Positions 27,001-35,950 of a stretch of 64,000 nucleotides of DNA are shown piece after piece. The translations under genes were made by a program, and so were the position numbers. Below the pieces are notes generated by a model, which was not told where the DNA came from, did no database searches, and saw nothing but the letters and a program-made list of their open reading frames with translations. How positions within the stretch are numbered: position 1 is the stretch's first letter; each line of letters opens with the position of its first letter. Origin of the DNA: a virus; IMG/VR virus record IMGVR_UViG_3300035204_001027, positions 31,512 to 95,511 of that record; one strand, 5' to 3'.

Positions 27001-27620
27001 ATAAAGTAAGAATAGTCACTCAAGTAACTGGTTTGGGCTATTTGAGCTCTGATCCTACCACTGGTGATTATCCATTAGTTAAATTGGCCCCAGTCGTTTC
27101 TCCAGAAACAAATGTAAATTATGGTCCATCTATTACAGTTTCTAATTGGGATCAAGACTCGATAGATAATTTAGTAGTTAGATATACTACCGACGGAACT
27201 GACCCTAAAGCTGGGAATAGCTACAGTTATATATCTCTACCTCCCAATAGTGGAGATTTCTTACATACAATACCTGCTGCCAACTTTAATAATAGCACTA
27301 CTTTGAAGGTTTACGCTTTCTCAGACGTCTATTTAGACTCAGATATAGTATCATATCAGAGACAGCAACTTGCTGCTCCGACTGCAAATATTACAGCAAC
27401 TGGTACAAATGTGCTTTATATAACAATGAATGGATCAGCGCCTTCTCCAGAAACAAGAGATGTAAATATTTATTATACATTAGATGGATCTGCGCCGACG
27501 TCTAGCTCATATTTATACACAAACCCAATCACTTTACAAGGCAACTCTGCAACCGTCAAAGCTTTCTCTTCCTTGGTTGGATATATAGATAGCAGTGTAA
27601 CTACCGAAACACATCCGTAA
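21024..27620 (+). CDS. 2198-aa adhesin-like virion protein (RCC1 repeats, Fn3-like YTxDGSxP domains, G-GY---P repeats)
   Basis: Repeated AG--HS-AL--DG-V-AWG-N--GQ, YTLDGSxP and NxGxGYTxxPxV motifs. Confidence 0.85.
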   Translation: MSRNTNTGRSGKTRVTGPVNNETKKSDVTTGRSISNTHKRTGPTDKEINKFNKVLVPTVSPGEGKVTKNFNLTLTNPQSSVTYKYTIDGSSPTGAGAQTIVNNQISLALTGSPGYLNVKIYGYRNDYSPSEITDLEYNIKPTQDVVVVPQAGSIPDNQLVKLNVESEATGYYTLDGSTPSGDANTTSTKYTGPFVMNFTNSSSVVLKTIAEKHDHASSSITTGTFTLDSAVTYGGPYDGVRDLNGKLVTYSPTGDRIPFPSKIFMSTTEGLPIERKVSFWGTDYYVENNRPSTVNNYTSLKAGQNHAIALTKSGTVVAWGDNSLNQTTLSDANLTTSGKITYIDAGDSHNLSLTSDNDVIAWGSNAQGQITIPTSLKAIRIAAGGEHSIALKADRTLVGWGENSDGQINFPLNLNDVIEISAGQNHSAALVGYGSKTCQSLDYDSESDTWIVSNKSKSIGKAVAWGINDMNQKDVPNNLANGAPDLIAISCGGNHTLTLDANGNVSGWGDNGHGQITIPTLNEIDGTKAHIVSIDAGFSHSLALSKNGTIFAWGSNQHNQTNITNLLSKSALIAGGDNYSLAFGLEPSEYIYYNVGNLDPSILYTGSIDVSADTTFKAISINKTSQAASNIAQKSYAQQKLNAIQSAGAISSRGTSQPLETSVLNPATFHSKRLFAVKLDSEDVDKKPSVTYKLTHPGHHTAYATEDLTNDDATEKRFSSTLITGDVNKPYDGDKTIDNYAAFYPGGYVGYKFDEAKRITQLNFATNADDFHKLGAGLIQGSNDNVTWHDIDFFSNKFPDNYPAFLSLDGQALDRIATLEMTSKGTGYTEDPIIRFVNDTDEEGQDAKAKALFSPFSLAGFSMINNGSGYTSVPTVNIASVHGGAGAAGTAVLSSTSVVHGISLDCGSCSKGNGYTTAPTVTVQGGHTDANTPTTNPERVASGIAHLTPTKLTGIEIIENKVPYRTSPTVNFAGGGGINAAAVAHLSSFVVGQINPSGILIGNADEKPPFGYHVYDGVIVPGIGAPTIGNFGGGYYGNSDDDPTGLYKLDHFDLTNLGTGYTSAPSVSLDGGLLTKTGQPYAIEFEVVRRGPVSGAPETEVADWEITNKDYLSGYFVNPKHAGADGTQQVTSGHHYWDSNFATEMAAAWNNLSNVSQAGSPVLGPLRYFFNHYNDHEFDRYHTIDTRPYHLKFHKDSARTQKIMVTGGGGAGMSGYVELRNHNELLGFDDSDTLLDKLIALNTHSDYRNSRLDYDALDNNNISYEELLWSTPTSKGGVLPDEDATLIPYKLHITEAGQGYTGAPIITEEFDRSFPGMMFMLESGGLKLHEDRPSPLPLTGGHNENGLYTNGQPEGYTLLWGSGECNGNDAALATGPFGTCSESLTGQYDTVYSNNSYLTGHYLKNKYLSTNNKFYRYWPQYFDSNCYDTHFPLQFEVYAPTITGTAGVHTNDMNNANSAARLNFENKLADNIKFAAIMPEHSEVDSFLASGSLDRVEITNMGSHYSSTPTIVFAGGTTATAATGEALTSKTVDSVSMTNAGSAYRAFPDITLVGGGGADAAVVGTKSASEITGMLLVSGGKNFTNSPTIDVSGGGAGVTSKATAKCRLPVALSSANFTNNNFYDHYRILGQGDNALITSQINELEFYSGDNRVSKYSNRKDHALAIKSNGELMSWGDNSNSQLMSSGVTNALEVSAGDKHSLVLKNNGTVIAFGNNDYGQCNIPSDLNNVITVSAGENHSLGLLAGGIVRAWGRNHSGQANVPSSLSSYQSGNNGAISIKAGNNHSLALRGDGSVLAWGATEASTVPADLTRVREIAAGNRFSLALRENGDVISWGNGYGADVPTGLKDVVSIAANNDHVIALQVDGAVTGWGKVYDGSNYVNLSDTIPHNLNSGIGVFAGKDHGAILKSDGSLLVFGSICASGTEQYYDGVVPSSFGNSHCCGTTGFVTFDLGSLHSGKLDTNENLSYRSINVGTKTSADAAFPPDNASLQNKVRIVTQVTGLGYLSSDPTTGDYPLVKLAPVVSPETNVNYGPSITVSNWDQDSIDNLVVRYTTDGTDPKAGNSYSYISLPPNSGDFLHTIPAANFNNSTTLKVYAFSDVYLDSDIVSYQRQQLAAPTANITATGTNVLYITMNGSAPSPETRDVNIYYTLDGSAPTSSSYLYTNPITLQGNSATVKAFSSLVGYIDSSVTTETHP

Positions 27621-27639
27621 TAATGGAGGATAAATAAAG

Positions 27640-29781
27640 ATGCCAGAAGAAAAACCAAAACAAAAAAGAGCGCCAAGACCCAAACAGATAACCCCTTTGA
27701 TGGCTGAAGGTGCCGCGTCTGGAACTACAGAATCCACGCGCGTAAGAAGAAATATAACTTCACAAATCGAGAGTGTAAATCGATTTGCTAATATTAATGA
27801 TGGATTAATTCCTTTCAAGAATTCTTCCTCAATGTCTAGTTCTAGTAGCGTTTCTGTAAGAGATGCTGTTGTTTTGTGTCAAAAAGCTTATTATAATTTT
27901 TCAACATTTAGAAACATTATAGATTTAATGACGGAGTTTTCTACTGGAGAATTGCATTTTAAAGGCGGAACTAAAAAAACTAGACAATTTTTTGAAGCAT
28001 TTTTTAAGAAGATAGGTTTGAGACAATTTCAAGATAAGTGGTTTAGAGAATATTATAGAAGCGGCAATGTGTTTATATACAGGTTCGAATCAAAACTCAG
28101 AAAACAAGACGTAAGAAAAATTACGCAAGTATTTGGTGGCGGATCTGATCCAGATACAGGTTATACAGATCTAGTCTTAACAAACCCGCCTAGATCTTCT
28201 AAGAAGCTTTCTGGTCCACCGGGGGTTAAGAATTTAGTTGTTCCAGCTAGGTATCTTGTTCTAAATCCAGCAGACATACAGATGGAAGGCTCTGCGTCTT
28301 TCGCAAAAGGGAAATACTCGAAAGCCATGACGGATTATGAGCTAGAGAGGCTAAGAAAACCTTATACTGAAGAAGATGAAGAAATTTTAAGAAATCTGGA
28401 TTCAGACACTAAACAAAAGATAAAAGATGCTAGAGTTAGTTCTTTACTACTTCCTTTAGATCCAGAAAAAATGATAGTAGTTTTTTACAAAAAGCAAGAT
28501 TATGAGCCATTTGCTGTTCCCATGGGATTTCCGGTGTTAGATGATATTAATTTAAAAGCCGAAATGAAAAAGATGGACGCAGCTATCTTAAGAACCATGC
28601 AGCAAGCTATTCTTTTAGTAACTATGGGTGCAGAGCCAGATAAAGGAGGTATTAACCAAAAGAATTTATTAGCAATGCAAAAGCTATTTGAAAATGAATC
28701 CGTTGGAAGAGTTTTAATTTCTGATTATACAACTAAAGCAGAATTCGTAGTTCCGAAAATTGCTGATCTACTTGATCCTAGAAAATATGAAGTTGTTGAA
28801 AGGGACATTAATGTAGGACTAAATAATATATTATTTTCTGGAGAAACTTTTTCTAATCAATCAGGCAAAGTAGATGTGTTTATCGCGAGGCTAAATCATG
28901 GAAGACAATCCTTCATTGAGGAGTTTCTCTTGCCAGAAATTAAAAGAATCGCTAAAGCCCTAGGGTTCAGAAGTTATCCAACTCCTCATTTTAATAAAGT
29001 TCTATTAAAAGAAGCTTCTCAAATGGGCAGATTATGGAATCAGTTAGCTCAGTATGGATTGTTAACTCCCGAAGAAGTTGTTCAAGCGCACGAAACAGGA
29101 AGATTACCATCTCCAGAGGAATCAGAAGAATCTCAGAAAAAGTATAAAAGTGCGAAAGATGCTGGTCTTTATGAGCCAGTCACGGGTGGACCTCATACCC
29201 AGCTAGAAATGGCAGATCGCCAGATAGAGGGACAAATAGAGGTTACAGATAAAACTGGTGAAAACCAATTAAAACTAGCAGACAAAACAGCCAAGACGCA
29301 AGAAAAGATAGCGGACAAAAAGCAAGATCAACCCGGTAATGGCGCTCCTCCCCCTCCCGGCATAAGGGAGCCAGTGGGTAGACCTCCGGGCACAAGCACT
29401 CCTCAATCTACCAAGAATGTATCACCAAGGGGACAAGGAGAGCAATCAAAGATGGCTGCAAAATATTTTAGCATCGACAAGATAAAAGATAATTTGATTT
29501 TAGCTGGCAAATTATACAAAGAAATAGAGAAGATTTTACGAAAAAAACATAGCATTAAACGACTTAATAAGCTGCAAAAAGAATCTGCAGAAGCACTAAC
29601 CGAGTTAATTGTTTCTAATGAATCCTCTGAAGCTTGGCTGGAAAAAGCAGAACTTTATTGTGATAAGCCGAATATTAGTGTAAACAAAGATGTATTTAAT
29701 GAAGTGTTAGAGATTTCAGGAGAGCACCAAGTAGATAATTACTTGGCCAGCATTTTGAGAGCTAGTAGGACCAAAGGATAA
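27640..29781 (+). CDS. Portal protein
   Basis: Y-NF...R-IIDLM-EF, REYYRSGNVF-YR and Y--FAVP-GFP-L-D motifs. Lies between TerL and the head genes. Confidence 0.78.
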   Translation: MPEEKPKQKRAPRPKQITPLMAEGAASGTTESTRVRRNITSQIESVNRFANINDGLIPFKNSSSMSSSSSVSVRDAVVLCQKAYYNFSTFRNIIDLMTEFSTGELHFKGGTKKTRQFFEAFFKKIGLRQFQDKWFREYYRSGNVFIYRFESKLRKQDVRKITQVFGGGSDPDTGYTDLVLTNPPRSSKKLSGPPGVKNLVVPARYLVLNPADIQMEGSASFAKGKYSKAMTDYELERLRKPYTEEDEEILRNLDSDTKQKIKDARVSSLLLPLDPEKMIVVFYKKQDYEPFAVPMGFPVLDDINLKAEMKKMDAAILRTMQQAILLVTMGAEPDKGGINQKNLLAMQKLFENESVGRVLISDYTTKAEFVVPKIADLLDPRKYEVVERDINVGLNNILFSGETFSNQSGKVDVFIARLNHGRQSFIEEFLLPEIKRIAKALGFRSYPTPHFNKVLLKEASQMGRLWNQLAQYGLLTPEEVVQAHETGRLPSPEESEESQKKYKSAKDAGLYEPVTGGPHTQLEMADRQIEGQIEVTDKTGENQLKLADKTAKTQEKIADKKQDQPGNGAPPPPGIREPVGRPPGTSTPQSTKNVSPRGQGEQSKMAAKYFSIDKIKDNLILAGKLYKEIEKILRKKHSIKRLNKLQKESAEALTELIVSNESSEAWLEKAELYCDKPNISVNKDVFNEVLEISGEHQVDNYLASILRASRTKG

Positions 29782-29785
29782 TAAT

Positions 29786-30943
29786 ATGGAAGAAAATCAA
29801 AATTCAGAAGATAAAGTAAAAGCCATGTACGGCGAGACCTCTGCTGTAGATGTTTCGTTACCAGATATGCTTGTTCCTCCTCCGCCAGAGAAAGAAGAGA
29901 AAAAAGAAATTAAAGATGAGGTAGATGTTTCATTTAATTTTGCATTCATTGGTGCTGGACAAGGAGGATCTAGAATAGCAGAGACTTTTCACAAATTAGG
30001 CTATAGAAGAGTTGCGGCTTTGAATACTGCAGAGCAAGATTTAAATACAGTAAATTTAGAAAATAAGCTTTTAATAGGAGATGGCGGAGCAGGGAAAGAT
30101 AGATCTATCGCCAACAAAGCGTTCTCCAAGAGAAAAGAAGATGTGTTAGATTTTATGAGGTACTCCTTTGGCGAAGAATTAGATAGAATCTTCGTTTGCG
30201 CTGGCGCGGGAGGCGGAACTGGTGCAGGGGTTGTTTCTTCATTAGCTCGTTCTGCTCAAGAATTGCAAGAAACATTAAATTGTAAATCGAAGCAGGTAGG
30301 TGTTATTTTGGCCTTGCCCAAGGTTTCCGAGGGAAAAAGAGCAGCAGCTAACGCTTACCAAACATTAAATGAAGCTTATGACCTAATAGAAGAAGGAGTA
30401 GTTTCTCCGTTGATTCTTCTAGATAACGAAAAAATTAGTAGATTGTATCCTAATTTGGTTGTGTCTAATTTTTGGCAAACTGCTAATATGAGCATGGCTG
30501 GTTTATTCCATTTATTTAATTTAACCACTGCTAGAGATAGTAGTTATACTTCTTTTGATTCTAATGATTATAAAACTATTTTAGACTCTGGGCTAATGAG
30601 TTTCGGAGCATCTCCCGTAGAAAGCTGGGAAGATCCAGTTAGTATATCTCGCGCTGTGAGAGAAAATTTACAAAACAATTTACTTTCGGGTGGCATAGAT
30701 CTTAGTACGGGAAAATCCGCCGCTGCTATTGTTATAGGGGGCAAAGAGCAACTCGATAATATTCCGCAGTCAAGTATCGATCAGGCATTCGGTCAATTAA
30801 ATAGAATGCTTAGTGATAATAGCGTGGTACATGGTGGTATTTACGTGGGTGATAAGCCCACGCTAACAGTATTTACTTCAGTGGGTGGTCTTGATAGGCC
30901 ACAAGAAAAACTGAGTGAACTTAAAAGACTAGGTGGTCTTTAA
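29786..30943 (+). CDS. Tubulin/FtsZ-family GTPase (PhuZ/TubZ/CetZ-like)
   Basis: IGAGQGG-RIA, NT---DL, GAGKD, tubulin signature GGGTGAG, DN, and T7-loop FD-ND. Confidence 0.9.
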   Translation: MEENQNSEDKVKAMYGETSAVDVSLPDMLVPPPPEKEEKKEIKDEVDVSFNFAFIGAGQGGSRIAETFHKLGYRRVAALNTAEQDLNTVNLENKLLIGDGGAGKDRSIANKAFSKRKEDVLDFMRYSFGEELDRIFVCAGAGGGTGAGVVSSLARSAQELQETLNCKSKQVGVILALPKVSEGKRAAANAYQTLNEAYDLIEEGVVSPLILLDNEKISRLYPNLVVSNFWQTANMSMAGLFHLFNLTTARDSSYTSFDSNDYKTILDSGLMSFGASPVESWEDPVSISRAVRENLQNNLLSGGIDLSTGKSAAAIVIGGKEQLDNIPQSSIDQAFGQLNRMLSDNSVVHGGIYVGDKPTLTVFTSVGGLDRPQEKLSELKRLGGL

Positions 30944-30954
30944 GAAAGATAGAG

Positions 30955-31023
30955 ATAAAAAGGACAAAGTAAGGCACTTTAGATTTATGAAAATCTAGAG
31001 AATGTCTTTTTTGTGTCTTTTAT
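30955..31023. terminator. Long imperfect inverted repeat after the tubulin gene
   Basis: ATAAAA..ACAA..AAGGCA..AGATTT-ATGA-AAATCT..TGTCTT..TTGT..TTTTAT. Confidence 0.5.
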
Positions 31024-31083
31024 TTGTGTTTTTAACAAAATATACAAAATATACATAATATTAGTGTAACTATTAATTAGAAA

Positions 31084-31620
31084 ATGGAAATAGACTTTAC
31101 ATCAAAAATTAGGGCCGCTGACGAATGTAGTTGCGGAGTATGCGACGAAGAAGATTGCCAGTGTCCTTGCCATTGTGAAAAAAACGAACTCCCCTCTCAA
31201 GAAGAGTTGATTGCTTTTTCCATTGATATCGTAAAGATATTTGAAAACAAGGTAAAAGCTCATAACGAAGCTTTTCCAAAGAATCAGGTATCTGTGGATG
31301 ATCTAAAGAAGATGTTTATGCAAGGAGCGTCTTCTGAAAATCGTGGCGGTTTTTCCCTCGTTGAACTTGGTTTGGCGGGGGTTAATGCTTTTCTGAATTT
31401 GAAAGCTGGAAACTGCGGTTCTTACGAAGCCAAGTTTTCTTTAACTCTACCAAAGGAATCTTTAAACGTCTCTGCTCATCTATCGCCAAACGAAGAAGAT
31501 TTCAATAAAGCAAAAGAAGATATAACAAAATATAACTTAGATATTTCAAAAGCTAAGAGTTCAGAAGATTTTTATATTGAAACTCAAGATCAAGTTAGAA
31601 GAAGGTGGATAGAATACTAA
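31084..31620 (+). CDS. Hypothetical head-module protein with N-terminal Cys cluster
   Basis: CSCGVCDEEDCQCPCHC. The KVKAHNE...LKK...G segment resembles DUF5824-like phage proteins. Confidence 0.55.
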   Translation: MEIDFTSKIRAADECSCGVCDEEDCQCPCHCEKNELPSQEELIAFSIDIVKIFENKVKAHNEAFPKNQVSVDDLKKMFMQGASSENRGGFSLVELGLAGVNAFLNLKAGNCGSYEAKFSLTLPKESLNVSAHLSPNEEDFNKAKEDITKYNLDISKAKSSEDFYIETQDQVRRRWIEY

Positions 31621-31621
31621 A

Positions 31622-33229
31622 ATGAAACACAAGTATACTACGATTTTCAGTTCTACAATCAAGCCATTGGTTTCGGAAGAGAAAGATAAATATTTAGCCA
31701 TGGCTAGTTTATTAGATGTAGGAAGTTTTCTGCCTGAGATTGATACCGAGACAAATATAGATCTTTTACCGGTCGCTTTTAACGCTTGCGTAATAAATCG
31801 TGTTAACAAAAATGGAGATGTTATTGACACGGAAACAGCGGCGCGGATATGTGAGTCTTTTATAAATAAACCCATTAATATAGAACATAATAGACAAAGA
31901 GTAATGGGAACGATTTTAACTGCTGGATTCAGCGAGTTCGGTACAGATCAAGTTTTATCTGCCGAACAAATAAGGGAATTAAAAGGGCCATTCAATATTA
32001 CGCTGGGAGGCGTGCTTTGGAAGGTCGTAAATAATGAACTAACTGATATTGTTGAAGAATCAGCAGATCCAACTAGCGACAAATACTTAAGCGTATCTGC
32101 TAGTTGGGAATTAGGATTTACTGACTATAACCTTGTGGCTATAGAAGGTGACAATAAAAACCTAGAAGGTGCGGACATTATCAATGATAAAGACCGTGTT
32201 GAATCTCTCAAAGATAACTTGAAGTGCTTTGGGGGAGACGGCAAACTTGAGGATGACCGGTATGTCTATCGTCAAGTTATAAATGAAGTTGTTCCTTTGG
32301 GTATTGGACTAACTAATAATCCTGCAGCGGAAGTTGAAGGTGTAGCAGTTAAGAAAAAATCTGAAGAAAACAACGACAAACAAACAGATGAGAATGAATC
32401 AGACGATTCAACTAAAACCAAAACCAATAAAAAACCAGACAAAAAACGGTGGGAAAATAAAAGTTCCCAATATAATAAACAACAAATGAATAAACCCGAG
32501 AGCGAAAAGAATATTATGAAAATTGAAAAATTAACAGATATTACTGATGAGTCCATGCAGACTCTTAGTGCCTCGGCTATTACTACCTTCGTAGAGGAGG
32601 AGTTGCAAAAGGCTTCCGAACGTTTCGCTGAAGAGCGCGACGGTCACAAAAAGGCCATCGAAGACGGTAAAGAAAAATTCGAAAATCTCACTAAAGAGCA
32701 CGATGCTCTAAAGGAGGATAGCGATAAGATCAAAGCCGCCTTGGAGAAGCTTGAAGCCGAGAGAGCAGCTAAAGAAGCCGAGGAGAAATTCAATCAAAGA
32801 ATGTCCTACATGGATGAAGAATATGTGCTTAACGATGAAGATCGAGAAGTGCTTGCTTCTGATATTAAGGAGATGAATGATGAGGACTTCGAAGCGTTTT
32901 CTAAAAAATTGGCTGTTCTTATGTCGGCCAAGAATAGAAAGGCTATTGAAGATAGAGAAGCTAAAGCAGCAGAAACGAAAGCTGAAGAGGAGAAATCCGA
33001 AAAAGCTGAAACAGAAACTGTTGAAAGCAACGTAAAGGAAAAAGTTTTAAATGCTGAGTCTGAAACTAAGGAAACCGAAGATGTTTCCAGCGTTGTAGAC
33101 GAGGCTGTTGATCAAGCTGAAGCAACTGAGAATGTGGCCATGCCAAATTCTACAGATCCTTCTGAGCCTTCCGCATATGATAAATATCGGAGAGCTTTTG
33201 GCTTAGATCAGTTCACAATTAGTCGATAA
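31622..33229 (+). CDS. Prohead protease-scaffold fusion
   Basis: N-NGD, KP-N-EH, SASWE (Ser) and G-GLT-NPA motifs, then a long acidic coiled coil. Confidence 0.75.
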   Translation: MKHKYTTIFSSTIKPLVSEEKDKYLAMASLLDVGSFLPEIDTETNIDLLPVAFNACVINRVNKNGDVIDTETAARICESFINKPINIEHNRQRVMGTILTAGFSEFGTDQVLSAEQIRELKGPFNITLGGVLWKVVNNELTDIVEESADPTSDKYLSVSASWELGFTDYNLVAIEGDNKNLEGADIINDKDRVESLKDNLKCFGGDGKLEDDRYVYRQVINEVVPLGIGLTNNPAAEVEGVAVKKKSEENNDKQTDENESDDSTKTKTNKKPDKKRWENKSSQYNKQQMNKPESEKNIMKIEKLTDITDESMQTLSASAITTFVEEELQKASERFAEERDGHKKAIEDGKEKFENLTKEHDALKEDSDKIKAALEKLEAERAAKEAEEKFNQRMSYMDEEYVLNDEDREVLASDIKEMNDEDFEAFSKKLAVLMSAKNRKAIEDREAKAAETKAEEEKSEKAETETVESNVKEKVLNAESETKETEDVSSVVDEAVDQAEATENVAMPNSTDPSEPSAYDKYRRAFGLDQFTISR

Positions 33230-33254
33230 AATATTAAAATAAAGGAATAAAATT

Positions 33255-33845
33255 ATGGCATATACTGATAGAGATCTACGTCCATTCAGACAGTATAGTG
33301 AATATGATGTCATTAACTTGTTTTCTCTTGAAGCTCGCGCTTCCGAAAGCTTGCCGGTAAATAAAGGAACTATTGTTTCTATTAATCCGACAGCAGGTTG
33401 GGAAGCTACTGATGAGCTTACTCAAGAGACTATTCATGCAAATGCAGCGACTTACGCTAATACCGTAAGCCCTCGTTTCGCAGTACAAGCTAAGTGTTAT
33501 GTTAATACTGGACTCGCCACCGATAAGGTGATGGGTCTCCTCTTACATGATGTAAGAGATACTGATGAAAATGGAGAGTTATTGATTTATAACCCCAGAA
33601 AAGCGGCAGAAATGCAAGCATCTGTAAGCGGACAGGTGGTCCCCGTGGCAACAAAGGGACTCTTCCTGTATAAAGGATTCGTTGGAACGGCTGCGGCCGG
33701 AGCTAGTGTTGTTCTTTCCAGTAATGGAAGAATGGGAGTAACTCCTGTAGTCGCTGGTCAAAGTGTTAGAGTTGGTACCTGCTTGGGTGCCGCTGACACA
33801 GACGGACACGTATTAATCGATTTCAACCCGGCTGCTTTCCAGTAA
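33255..33845 (+). CDS. Capsid decoration/cement-like protein
   Basis: Beta-rich 196 aa directly upstream of the major capsid gene. Confidence 0.6.
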   Translation: MAYTDRDLRPFRQYSEYDVINLFSLEARASESLPVNKGTIVSINPTAGWEATDELTQETIHANAATYANTVSPRFAVQAKCYVNTGLATDKVMGLLLHDVRDTDENGELLIYNPRKAAEMQASVSGQVVPVATKGLFLYKGFVGTAAAGASVVLSSNGRMGVTPVVAGQSVRVGTCLGAADTDGHVLIDFNPAAFQ

Positions 33846-33880
33846 GATTGAAAGCGTAAATAAATAGGAGAGAAATTATT

Positions 33881-35050
33881 ATGAGATTAAAATTAAAAAA
33901 TACACCCGAGCAAATCGAACTTGTTAAGGCGTTAGGTTCTAGAAACGCAAATGCTTCGCGCGAGGCGCAAGAAGCTTTCGCAGCTTTTCTTGGACCGGTA
34001 ATTCAGGAAGTATTAAATGTTGCTGGCACTGCTAGCACTATTTATACTAATTCTGAGTTCGATGAGGATGATTCCCCGTCTTACCCGCTTGATTTGTATT
34101 ATAACGAGGGGGCTGGATATACAACTGTCTGGTCGCAAAACATGGCCGGTGGTCTTCCTAGCTCGCAAGTCGAAGGCGTTGCTGAGATGAAAATCGCAAC
34201 CTATCGTATTGATAGTGCGGTTAGCTTCTTGAAGCGTTATGCGCGTAAATCGCGTTTAGACGTTGTTAGCAAGGCTCTAGAGCGCATGTCCCAAGAGGTT
34301 CTCCTCAAGCAGGAGAGAAACGCTTGGGCTGTTATCTTGCGTGCATTAGCTGAGGCTAAGACGAAGACATCGATTCACAATGAAACCAAGCACGTTCTTC
34401 ACTGCGCTAGTTCCGATGGAACTACCGACGGTTCAGGATCTGGTGCTAATAAGCTGAGCGATTTGAAGCTCGCTGATTTCAGCAGGCTTCTTACCCGCAT
34501 GAAGAGACTCAATGAGTCTTTCGCGCAGGGAACTCCTGACAGCGTTTACAGTAATGGTATTACTGATCTATACGTTAGTCCTGAGTTGAAAGAGAAGATT
34601 CGTTCATTCGCATACAATCCAATGAATACCAAGGGTTCGGTTACCGACATCGCATTGCCAGACGCAATGCGTGAGGACATCTACCGTAATGCTGGTATGC
34701 AAGAGATCTATGGCGTTAATATCGTTGAATTGTTGGAGCTTGGCCAAGCCAAGAAATACAACAAACTTTACTCTGAGTTCATTACTGGACAGGGTAATGG
34801 TGGTGGATATGATGTATCTACCTTCTCTGATGCTGATGACGAGATCATGGTTGGTGTTGACAATAGTAAGGGCGCGTTTATTCGTGCTGTTGCTCGTCAG
34901 GCTGAAGGCGGCGCTACATTTAGTGCTTTGCCGGATGACCAGTTCAACTTGAATCGTGCTGATCGCGCTGGCTTCTATGGCTTCATGGAAGAGGGTCGCG
35001 TTTGCATCGACGGTCGCGCAGTAGCAGGTATGGTTTATCGCCACGCCTAA
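33881..35050 (+). CDS. Major capsid protein
   Basis: 389 aa after the protease and decoration genes, strongly biased codons, AGGAG SD, followed by a strong terminator. Confidence 0.8.
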   Translation: MRLKLKNTPEQIELVKALGSRNANASREAQEAFAAFLGPVIQEVLNVAGTASTIYTNSEFDEDDSPSYPLDLYYNEGAGYTTVWSQNMAGGLPSSQVEGVAEMKIATYRIDSAVSFLKRYARKSRLDVVSKALERMSQEVLLKQERNAWAVILRALAEAKTKTSIHNETKHVLHCASSDGTTDGSGSGANKLSDLKLADFSRLLTRMKRLNESFAQGTPDSVYSNGITDLYVSPELKEKIRSFAYNPMNTKGSVTDIALPDAMREDIYRNAGMQEIYGVNIVELLELGQAKKYNKLYSEFITGQGNGGGYDVSTFSDADDEIMVGVDNSKGAFIRAVARQAEGGATFSALPDDQFNLNRADRAGFYGFMEEGRVCIDGRAVAGMVYRHA

Positions 35051-35074
35051 AACACTGGGTAAAAATTAAACACT

Positions 35075-35103
35075 TTCCCCGCCTTCGGGCGGGGAATTTT
35101 TTT
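35075..35103 (+). terminator. Rho-independent terminator
   Basis: TTCCCCGCC-TTCG-GGCGGGGAA followed by T7. Confidence 0.92.
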
Positions 35104-35148
35104 GTTCCCAATGCGTCTAAAAAAGTGTAACTCAGGTTAAGGAAAAAT

Positions 35149-35514
35149 ATGAAAAAAAAGACTAAATCAACCAAAACGCAGAAAAAAGTAAATAAATTGT
35201 CCCAAGCCCACGGCAAGGAAGACAAGTTTGTACCCACCACTTTAGATCAGGTATGGGGAGATGATGGAGTATGGAAATATGACACTTCAGACGAAAGAAT
35301 TTATGAAGATAGATTAAAGTCTATGACCAGAATTGATATCCAGACTCATGCTACTAAAATTGGCCTAATTCCAGTAGATAATAGAGATACTCTAGAAAAA
35401 AGACTAATGAGGGAATTTAGAAGGCATATAGCCTCTTATCAAAGGCCGAACACTACAGATTCTAGCGTTGAGCTTTCTAAAGAAGCAAGACAAATTCTAG
35501 AAGAAGGTAGGTAG
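35149..35514 (+). CDS. Hypothetical protein
   Basis: ORF track, with a GTGTAA motif upstream. Confidence 0.7.
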   Translation: MKKKTKSTKTQKKVNKLSQAHGKEDKFVPTTLDQVWGDDGVWKYDTSDERIYEDRLKSMTRIDIQTHATKIGLIPVDNRDTLEKRLMREFRRHIASYQRPNTTDSSVELSKEARQILEEGR

Positions 35515-35545
35515 TTCTGCCGCGGTATTGTGTAATTTATAGTGT

Positions 35546-35941
35546 ATGCCTGTAAATTACGATTTAAATATTATAAAAGGATCTACGTTCACTGCTAGAG
35601 TAGTAGCTAAAAACGCAGATGGTACCCCAATCGATTTAACGCATTATCAATGTAGGGGGTATGTAAAACAAAGATATAGTGACACGGGTATTCTTCTAAA
35701 TTTAAATCCCGTACCAACCCCCGCATATCAAGCTAGTGGATATATAGATATTGCTGTACCAGCTACAGGGACAGCGGTGTTACCCGTAACACAGGCGGTG
35801 TATGATATAGAAATGTATGGACCAACTGGTACGGAAGATTTCGTTATAAAACTTCTAGACGGGAGAGTAAACATATATCCAGAAGTTACAAATCCGCCAA
35901 GTAAAATGATACAGTATACCCCCCTGAGTGGACTCGGCTAA
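35546..35941 (+). CDS. Virion structural protein (Ig-like beta fold)
   Basis: L-I--G-TF...DLT-Y...YDIE...L-G---I-PEVT pattern of phage structural proteins. Confidence 0.6.
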   Translation: MPVNYDLNIIKGSTFTARVVAKNADGTPIDLTHYQCRGYVKQRYSDTGILLNLNPVPTPAYQASGYIDIAVPATGTAVLPVTQAVYDIEMYGPTGTEDFVIKLLDGRVNIYPEVTNPPSKMIQYTPLSGLG

Positions 35942-35950
35942 GATAGATGA

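Noticed and set aside
29786-30943. Host cell-division ftsZ, implying a bacterial chromosome
   Set aside because: There are no dcw neighbours, the motifs are divergent, the FtsZ C-terminal peptide is missing, and the gene is embedded in phage head genes.
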